The position numbers were made by a program, and so were the translations under genes. Of a stretch of 64,000 nt of DNA, positions 57,848 through 64,000 are shown in pieces. Below the pieces are notes generated by a model. The model was given only the letters and a program-made list of their open reading frames with translations. It did not search any database and had not been told where the DNA came from. Numbering within the stretch: position 1 is the first letter of the stretch; every line of letters begins with the position of its first letter. The stretch comes from an uncultured Candidatus Bathyarchaeia archaeon (lineage in GTDB: Archaea > Thermoproteota > Bathyarchaeia > Bathyarchaeales > Bathycorpusculaceae). The DNA lies in NCBI GenBank assembly GCA_964573785.1, contig CAZNKF010000002.1:35142-99141 (forward strand). Reading direction: 5' to 3'.

Positions 57848-58129
57848 ATGAAAGTTACAATTTTAAAGAGAACAGAAAACGAGCTTAAAATTGAGGTTGA
57901 AGGGGCTGGTCACACTATCTGCAACCTCCTACAGAAAAGGCTTTTAGAAGACGAAAATGTTGAGCTGGCTGGCTATGACATTTCGCATCCGCTAACACTT
58001 GTACCAGTCATCTATGTGCGGACAAAGGGCAAAGTGAAACCGGAGGAAGCCTTACTCAAGGCGTTGGGAAAAGCCCATGAAGTAAATGAGGAATTTGGCA
58101 AAGCCCTCCAAAAAGCCCTTAAAAAGTGA
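57848..58129 (+). CDS. rpoL: DNA-directed RNA polymerase subunit Rpo11 (RpoL)
   Basis: 93 aa. ELKIEVEGAGHTICNLLQKRLLEDENVELAGYDISHPL. Confidence 0.85.
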   Translation: MKVTILKRTENELKIEVEGAGHTICNLLQKRLLEDENVELAGYDISHPLTLVPVIYVRTKGKVKPEEALLKALGKAHEVNEEFGKALQKALKK

Positions 58130-58511
58130 TTATATCCCTTATCGTTGATAATAGCTGGGTGAAGCCTTCAACAGAATCCTTAGACTTAAACAGTATTGAA
58201 ACACACTCGTCTAGTGGCATGTGCCCATAAAGCCAAGCATAAACTATTAGGGCTTCAGCAGCGTCTGCCAACATGTGGCTTGAAACTCTTGAAGGCATAT
58301 ACTTCCTTAAACCTGCTTTTTTGAAAGCTTCCGCCAGCACCGCTCCCTTAACCTTTGCCCCGGAGGGCTTCCCCCTTTTTAGAGACAATGCCAGTGAGTA
58401 GGCGAAGTTTATGTATGCGTCGCCCAAAGCCGCTAGCTTATGGTCTGTGAGCACTTCCATTAGGCTTCTGTAGGGTTTTGTGAAGGAAAATGGCTTATCC
58501 AACTTCTTCAA
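58119..58511 (-). CDS. RNase III-like domain protein
   Basis: 130 aa. KLAALGDAYINF parallels the RNase III signature LEFLGDALVNF, and MLADAAEALIVYAWL parallels IGDVFEALWAAVYI. Confidence 0.45.
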   Translation of the reverse strand: MKKLDKPFSFTKPYRSLMEVLTDHKLAALGDAYINFAYSLALSLKRGKPSGAKVKGAVLAEAFKKAGLRKYMPSRVSSHMLADAAEALIVYAWLYGHMPLDECVSILFKSKDSVEGFTQLLSTIRDIITF

Positions 58512-58598
58512 TTTTAAACCCTTAAAGTCTTTTGTGAATTCTGCTTCAAATTATATTTAAGTACAGCCTCCTATGTATGTTCGTTTGGGTGTGAAAAT

Positions 58599-59726
58599 AT
58601 GGTTGGAGAAGAGGGCTGCAATGTTGAGCGAATTGAACTCTCAGAAGAAGCCTTGAGGGAGTATCTTTCCAGCGTGTACGAATGCGATGTGGAAATTCTT
58701 GGCGTTTGGAGACTCGGTGAGGAAAAAACCGAAGGCGTTGGAGATTTGAAGGGTTTCGGTTATGGCGTTCCATATGTTATTGAGTTCCGCGTTAAAGATG
58801 AGGTTAAGCGGGTTGTGTTGGAAACAGTGCGCCCAAACGGTTTCGGCCACGACTTTCCATCAGACCGTGCTCAGGTGCTTCTTTGGCAACATGGCGCCTT
58901 TAACAGGTTGAAGGGGCATGTGCGCTCAGTCGATGTTGGTGCCTTCACAGTTGATGGTAAAAAGCTGAAGTCTTTGAGGGATGCCGGAGAATTTTTCATA
59001 TTAACAGAGTTCGTGGAGGGCGTGCCATACCATTGTGATTTGGACAGAATTAAGAGCACTGGCAGCTTGACAGATTTGGATGAGGAGAGATGCCTAGCCC
59101 TATCTGACTATCTGGTTGAAATTCACTCGGTGAAGAAAAGGGATGCACCTCAACTTTACATAAGGAGGCTTAGGGATCTTCTTGGGCATGGGGAAGGAAT
59201 CTTCGGGTTGACGGATAGCTATCCCTGCGGCTTAGACTATGTTAATGAGAAGTTTTTGGTTGAGCTGGAGAAGATGTGTGTTGAGTGGCGTTGGCGCCTC
59301 AAAAGAAAAACTCATAGGCTGTCACAGGTTCATGGAGACTTTCACCCGTGGAATGTCCTCTTCAGAGAAGGTTTAGACTTTACGGTTCTTGACCGAAGCA
59401 GAGGCGAATGGGGCGAACCAGCAGACGATGTAAGCGCCATGACGATAAACTACATATTTTACTCACTGCAAGCCTACGGGCGGATGGACGGACCCTTCGA
59501 CAGGCTTTTCCTACTCTTCTGGCGGAACTACGTGGATAAAACTGATGATGAAGAAATTCTAAGCGTAATCCAGCCCTTCTATGCTTGGAGAAGCCTTGTT
59601 TTGGCTTCCCCAGTATGGTATCCAAACCTCCCAACTAGTGTTAGAAGGAAAATTTTGCAGTTTGCACAGAAAATGCTAAAAACCAAAACCTTTGAATATG
59701 AAACTGTTGACTCATATCTCAAATAG
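58599..59726 (+). CDS. phosphotransferase (APH/choline kinase-like protein kinase fold)
   Basis: 375 aa. Catalytic loop VHGDFHPWNVLF followed by VLDRS (DxD/DRS-type metal site). Confidence 0.65.
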   Translation: MVGEEGCNVERIELSEEALREYLSSVYECDVEILGVWRLGEEKTEGVGDLKGFGYGVPYVIEFRVKDEVKRVVLETVRPNGFGHDFPSDRAQVLLWQHGAFNRLKGHVRSVDVGAFTVDGKKLKSLRDAGEFFILTEFVEGVPYHCDLDRIKSTGSLTDLDEERCLALSDYLVEIHSVKKRDAPQLYIRRLRDLLGHGEGIFGLTDSYPCGLDYVNEKFLVELEKMCVEWRWRLKRKTHRLSQVHGDFHPWNVLFREGLDFTVLDRSRGEWGEPADDVSAMTINYIFYSLQAYGRMDGPFDRLFLLFWRNYVDKTDDEEILSVIQPFYAWRSLVLASPVWYPNLPTSVRRKILQFAQKMLKTKTFEYETVDSYLK

Positions 59727-59840
59727 AGGGAATGAGGTTGGAGACCCAGACTTTGGGCAGAAATTCAGGGTCAGATGTAAAGGCTATGCTGAGGCAGATG
59801 GGTTATTCTGAAAGGGCAATTGAGGAAATTTTAAAATGGT

Positions 59841-60293
59841 ATGAAAATGGCGGTTTGCAGGCGGAAGGGCGTGGTGAAGGGAGTTTACGTTCTGGCGATA
59901 TCCGTCATCAGAAACCTAGACGTTAAGGTTTGTGCACGAAGAGAGTTTTCTCTTGAAGCGGGTTTTTATTCCTATGTTGGTTCTGCTCAAAATCACCTCG
60001 AAAAACGTTTGATGAGACATTTTAGAAAGGCGGGTAAAAGACAGTTTTGGCATATAGACCACTTGCTGGCCATGGATGGCGTAAGTGTTATGGAGGCTTT
60101 CTATAAGGAGGGTGAAAAGGCAGAAGAGTGTAGAACAGCCCAAAGCTTAAGTGCCCTTGGCTTTCCAGTTGATGGGTTCGGCTGCTCCGACTGTAAATGT
60201 AGAAGCCACCTTTTCCGTTTTAACAGCCTCAACCTTTTGGAGGATGCGTGTCTAAAATTGGGTTTTAAGCCCTTTTCCCTATCTTGCCAGTGA
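59841..60293 (+). CDS. GIY-YIG superfamily protein (DUF123/Uri-like)
   Basis: 150 aa. GVYVLAI, GFYSYVGSAQNHLEKRLMRHF, WHIDHL, and C-terminal GFGCSDCKCRSHLF. Confidence 0.7.
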   Translation: MKMAVCRRKGVVKGVYVLAISVIRNLDVKVCARREFSLEAGFYSYVGSAQNHLEKRLMRHFRKAGKRQFWHIDHLLAMDGVSVMEAFYKEGEKAEECRTAQSLSALGFPVDGFGCSDCKCRSHLFRFNSLNLLEDACLKLGFKPFSLSCQ

Positions 60294-61055
60294 ATCACCG
60301 TATTGGGAGACGTCTGATGTTTGGAGGATTTCCCTTCTTTTGGCAATATCTTCGAAGCTCATGTAGTCTCCGCCGACGATTTTCAGTTTAGCCTCAACTT
60401 TCTTGTTTTTCGCTTCTATGACGTTGTAGGAGTTTAAAAAGAAACCCCTCAACCTTTCGCATGAGACGCTTCCAGCGTGAACCACCTGCATGTTCTCTAT
60501 TCGCCATCTCCATGGTCTGTGGCGGTGTCCGCACAGCACCAAATTCGCCCCGCCTTTTATGAGACTTCTTAGGACGTCGCCAGCATCCACTATTGTGATC
60601 TGGTCTGCGCCTGTGTCTGGAACTGGAATTATGTGGTGGTGTATAGCCACTATTTTAACGCGGTCCTTGTAGTTTTCTAGCGTGTTTTCCAGCCAGAGGT
60701 TTTGCCTATGTCCAACTTCGCCGTCATCCCTATCTGGGCGGGCGCTGCTCAGCACTATTATTACGGCGTCGTTGACTTCTGTTACTTGGTTGAAGGGGAA
60801 AAACTGTTTGAAGAGCAAATAGCCAGTTGAGCGGTAATCGTGATTTCCACTTATGTAAATGACATTTTTGGCTTTCAAGCGCTTAAGCTCGTCAGCAGCC
60901 ATCTTAAACTCTGACAATATGCCATTCTCGGTTATGTCGCCAGTTATCACCACAGCGTCTGGCGACAAGGCGTTAATCTCATCCATGGCTGTGCGGAACA
61001 TCCCGTAATTAAACATTGGTCCACAGTGAACATCCGAAATCTGAACAATCAACAT
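60279..61055 (-). CDS. calcineurin-like metallophosphoesterase
   Basis: 258 aa from the ATG at 61055. ISDVHCG, ITGDITENG, SGNHD, HHH, and GHRH. Confidence 0.8.
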   Translation of the reverse strand: MLIVQISDVHCGPMFNYGMFRTAMDEINALSPDAVVITGDITENGILSEFKMAADELKRLKAKNVIYISGNHDYRSTGYLLFKQFFPFNQVTEVNDAVIIVLSSARPDRDDGEVGHRQNLWLENTLENYKDRVKIVAIHHHIIPVPDTGADQITIVDAGDVLRSLIKGGANLVLCGHRHRPWRWRIENMQVVHAGSVSCERLRGFFLNSYNVIEAKNKKVEAKLKIVGGDYMSFEDIAKRREILQTSDVSQYGDSLAR

Positions 61056-61165
61056 AAGCGTTAGCCTCACCTTTCAAACCATGCAAAACAGCAACTAAAA
61101 TAAATGTTGTGGAAAATAAGGAATTTAAGCTTTAAGAGAAGCCATGCTTTAAAGTGAGTACTAAA

Positions 61166-61717
61166 ATGGGCGAGGGTTGGTGTGTCTGGGTTACTGGTCT
61201 GCCGGGAAGCGGCAAATCCGTCGTAGCGGAAACTCTAATCAAGTTTTTGCTTCAGAAGGGCATACGCGCCCAACTCTTGTCTTCCGACGCTTTACGCAAG
61301 GTTTTAACTCCAAAGCCCACATACTCACTTGAGGAACGCGACATTGTTTATGCAACTCTTGTTTTCATCGCAAAGCTCCTAACCCAGAACTGTGTGAATG
61401 TTGTGATTGACGCCACCGGCAATTTGAGGCGTTATAGGGAAAACGCCAGAAGCCAAATCCCAAAGTTTATGGAAGCATACCTTGAATGCCCGCTTGAAGT
61501 CTGCATTGAACGCGAGTCTGGAAGGGCTGAAACCCGCAAAGCGCCAAGAAAAATATATGCAAGAGCCTTGAAAGGCGAGGCGCCAACAGTCCCCGGCATA
61601 GGGCAACCTTATGAGCCGCCAACAAACCCGGAAATAACTGTGAACACGGCTCAATGCACGCCGGAGCAGGCAGCCAACAAAATATTGGAGGCTATAATTG
61701 GCAAGTGGTATGCCTAA
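61166..61717 (+). CDS. adenylylsulfate kinase-like P-loop kinase
   Basis: About 183 aa (GTG alternative at 61154). VWVTGLPGSGKSVVAE, LSSDALR, and VPGIGQPYEPP parallel CysC (TGxxxPYExP). Confidence 0.65.
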   Translation: MGEGWCVWVTGLPGSGKSVVAETLIKFLLQKGIRAQLLSSDALRKVLTPKPTYSLEERDIVYATLVFIAKLLTQNCVNVVIDATGNLRRYRENARSQIPKFMEAYLECPLEVCIERESGRAETRKAPRKIYARALKGEAPTVPGIGQPYEPPTNPEITVNTAQCTPEQAANKILEAIIGKWYA

Positions 61718-61808
61718 AATCTAGAGAGGGGTATCCAATTTAGCAAAAACCGCCACCTAAAATTGAGATTGCGAGTAAACGTTTATAGTGTGGCTTGGAA
61801 TGGTAATG

Positions 61809-61815
61809 TTTATAA
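61809..61815 (+). promoter_or_regulatory. TATA-like box upstream of the L3 ribosomal operon
   Basis: tttataa lies about 45 nt upstream of the ATG at 61857. A ggag motif precedes the start. Confidence 0.35.
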
Positions 61816-61856
61816 CCTAAATGTCTCATTCCTAGAAGACGCGAAGCGGAGAAACA

Positions 61857-62870
61857 ATGGGTCATAGGAAACAGCATGCTCCAAAACATGGTTCGCTTGC
61901 CTATTTACCTAGGAAACGCGCTAAAAGCATACTGGCCAGAATACGCTACTGGCCCAAAATTAAGGCTGACACACCTTGTCTTCTTGGTTTTGTTGGTTAT
62001 AAGGCTGGCATGACTTATGTCATGGTCGTTAAAGACCGAAAGCGTTCTCCAAATTTTGGGAAGGAGGTTATACGCCCAGTCACTGTTTTGGAAACCCCGC
62101 CACTTCTTGTATGCGCCATAAGAGCTTATAAGAAAACGCCTTATGGGCTGCAAACTTTTTGTGAGGCTTGGATGGAAAACCCTCCACAAGAGCTTAATAG
62201 AGTCTTAACAGTTCCAGAGAAGTTTAACACAGAGGAGAATCTGAAAAAGATTGAAGCAAACCTTGACAAAATCTCAAAAATCCGTGTGATAGCCGCAACA
62301 CAGCCGAAACAAGCAAGCGTACCCAAGAAAAAGCCAGACGTAGCCGAAATAGAGATAGGTGGAGGAGCAATCCAGCAGCAATTTGAATATGCAAAAAGCC
62401 TCCTAGGGAAAACAGTGAGCCCATCTGATGTTTTCAAGGAAGGACAACACGTGGACGTAGTAGCAGTCACAACTGGGAAAGGATTCCAAGGACCAGTGAA
62501 ACGCTGGGGAGTAGCAATACTCCAGCACAAAGGCAGGAAAACAAAGCGGGGAGTCGCCACCCTCGGACCTTGGAACCCCCACCGCGTTTTATACACTGTT
62601 CCACGAGCTGGACAGATGGGCTTCCACCAAAGAACAGAATACAACAAGCGAATTTTGAAGATAGGCAAAGACGGCAAGGAAGTAACACCTAAAGGCGGCT
62701 TCATACGCTACGGCATTGTCCGCGGACCATACATGCTCATAGAGGGAAGTGTATCGGGACCGGAGAAGCGTCCCATAAAGCTGCGTTACCCAGCAAGACC
62801 GCCAAGGGAAGCGCCAGAGGAGCCTCCACAGATAACATACTTGTCCCTAGAGTCTCCGCAGGGCAAATAG
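61857..62870 (+). CDS. rpl3: 50S ribosomal protein L3 (uL3)
   Basis: 337 aa. HRKQHAPKHGSLAYLPRKRA and FQGPVKRWG. Confidence 0.95.
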   Translation: MGHRKQHAPKHGSLAYLPRKRAKSILARIRYWPKIKADTPCLLGFVGYKAGMTYVMVVKDRKRSPNFGKEVIRPVTVLETPPLLVCAIRAYKKTPYGLQTFCEAWMENPPQELNRVLTVPEKFNTEENLKKIEANLDKISKIRVIAATQPKQASVPKKKPDVAEIEIGGGAIQQQFEYAKSLLGKTVSPSDVFKEGQHVDVVAVTTGKGFQGPVKRWGVAILQHKGRKTKRGVATLGPWNPHRVLYTVPRAGQMGFHQRTEYNKRILKIGKDGKEVTPKGGFIRYGIVRGPYMLIEGSVSGPEKRPIKLRYPARPPREAPEEPPQITYLSLESPQGK

Positions 62871-62886
62871 GGAACGGTGAAATGCC

Positions 62887-63675
62887 ATGGCTAAAACAGT
62901 GAAAGTCTTCGACCTCAACGGAAAACCCGTTGGAAAAATAAAGCTCCCGCCAATTTTTGAAACGCCCATAAGACCAGACGTCATAAAACGTGCAGTCCTA
63001 GCCATACAATCAACCCGTTTTCAACCGCAAGGCAGAGACCCAATGGCTGGAAAAAGAACCTCGGCAGAATCCAGAGGCGTAGGCTTAGGCATGGCAAGAA
63101 TACCGAGAACTAAAGGACCAGCTGGAAGAGGAGCGTTCGCACCCGGAACAGTGGGTGGTAGACTGGCTCACCCACCAACCCCGGAGAAAAAGATTGTTAA
63201 GAGGATTCCAAAGAAGGAGAAGCGTTTGGCGCTTTTCTCCGCCATAGCCGCCACAGCCACAAAAGAGATGGTTGTTTCCCGAGGGCACGCGGTTGAAGGA
63301 ATACCGCAGATTCCGCTTCTTGTCACCGATGAGCTTGAAAGTTTGAAAAGGACCAAGGATGTCGAAGAAACCCTCATAAAACTCGGGGTTCTGGCAGACC
63401 TATACAGAGTTAGGGAAAGCATTAAGGTTAGAGCTGGAAAGGGGAAAATGCGTGGGCGGAAACGGAAACAGGCTGTCGGACCATTAATAGTTGTAGCTGA
63501 AGACAGAGGCTTAGGCGAAGCTGCAAGAAACATACCTGGCGTGGACGTTGTTCCAGTTAAGAGTTTAAATGCTGAGGTTCTCGCGCCTGGCACGCATCCT
63601 GGAAGGCTGACAATTTGGACGACAAGCGCCATAGAAACCCTTGATAGGCTTTACCGCAGAGGTGAGGAAGCCTAA
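62887..63675 (+). CDS. rpl4: 50S ribosomal protein L4 (uL4)
   Basis: 262 aa in the conserved position after L3. RAGKGKMRGRK. Confidence 0.9.
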   Translation: MAKTVKVFDLNGKPVGKIKLPPIFETPIRPDVIKRAVLAIQSTRFQPQGRDPMAGKRTSAESRGVGLGMARIPRTKGPAGRGAFAPGTVGGRLAHPPTPEKKIVKRIPKKEKRLALFSAIAATATKEMVVSRGHAVEGIPQIPLLVTDELESLKRTKDVEETLIKLGVLADLYRVRESIKVRAGKGKMRGRKRKQAVGPLIVVAEDRGLGEAARNIPGVDVVPVKSLNAEVLAPGTHPGRLTIWTTSAIETLDRLYRRGEEA

Positions 63676-63935
63676 TGGACCCATATGAGGTTATACTTTA
63701 CCCGGTAATGACGGAATCCGCCAGCCTAATGGTTGAGAGGGAAAACAAGCTGGTTTTCATAGTGGACCTTAAAGCCACAAAGGAAGACGTAAAAAAGGCT
63801 GTTGAGGAACTTTACGAGGTTAAAGTTGAAAAGGTTAACATTGTTATAACGCCTAAAGGTCAAAAGAAAGCCTTTGTTAAACTTCATCCAGACTATAAAG
63901 CTGCGGATGTCGCCATAAAGCTTGGAATACTGTAA
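63675..63935 (+). CDS. rpl23: 50S ribosomal protein L23 (uL23)
   Basis: 86 aa. TAATG overlap with L4. KATKEDVKKAVEELYEVKVEKVN. Confidence 0.9.
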   Translation: MDPYEVILYPVMTESASLMVERENKLVFIVDLKATKEDVKKAVEELYEVKVEKVNIVITPKGQKKAFVKLHPDYKAADVAIKLGIL

Positions 63936-63955
63936 ATTTAATGTGGTGAAATGCC

Positions 63956-64000
63956 ATGGGAAAGAGAATTCGTGTCCAAAGACGGGGGCGCGGCGGACCA
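63956..64000 (+). CDS. rpl2: 50S ribosomal protein L2 (uL2), 5' fragment truncated by the window end
   Basis: MGKRIRVQRRGRGGP, in the conserved position after L23. Confidence 0.8.
   Translation, partial: MGKRIRVQRRGRGGP

Noticed and set aside
62141-62704. 187-aa minus-strand ORF antisense to rpl3, with similar ORFs opposite rpl4 (63168-63632)
   Set aside because: These are shadow ORFs opposite highly conserved ribosomal protein genes, with no independent signals.

Overview
This is an archaeal chromosomal segment with moderate GC. It is very gene-dense, with many 1-50 nt overlaps between neighbouring genes. I saw no rRNA, CRISPR array, transposase or integrase.

Information-processing genes dominate:
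- orc1/cdc6 lies next to a well-formed replication origin at 16.7-17.5 kb. The origin has three ORB boxes with G-strings around a ~24% GC unwinding element.
- Both PolD subunits are present but unlinked (DP1 at 13.4 kb, DP2 at 23.7 kb).
- There is an XPD / short-XPF / endonuclease III cluster.
- Also present: SRP54, Pus10, the conserved L21e-RpoF-DUF655-KsgA-HemK block, L10e, Csl4-RpoL, the start of the L3-L4-L23-L2 operon, aIF5A, Alba, Elf1, Sec61beta (missing from the ORF track), Nob1 and AsnRS.
- There is one intron-containing tRNA-Ser(CGA).

Metabolic and transport genes:
- four-subunit 2-oxoacid:ferredoxin oxidoreductase, PEP synthase, SHMT, NadE plus a separate CN-hydrolase, NAD kinase, GGGP synthase and two aminotransferases;
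- a cation block made of a CDF transporter, a P-type ATPase and an H+-PPase.

PolD together with Elf1 and a short XPF suggests a non-crenarchaeal TACK lineage (Bathyarchaeia-like). This is inference only.

Items most worth a second look:
- the origin, and the two uncharacterised nuclease-fold genes (DUF429, DUF99) translationally coupled to DP1 and cdc6;
- an origin-proximal block of three unknown wHTH/coiled-coil genes with dense TTGTGAA and CATCACA/TGTGAC motif arrays;
- a CDF transporter with three tandem C-terminal domains;
- a textbook-shaped C/D box sRNA candidate at 40.2 kb;
- an RNase III-like protein;
- an adenosine/adenine deaminase pseudogene with three independent lesions, and a frameshifted GNAT gene.

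All family assignments are from motif recognition by eye. No searches were run.
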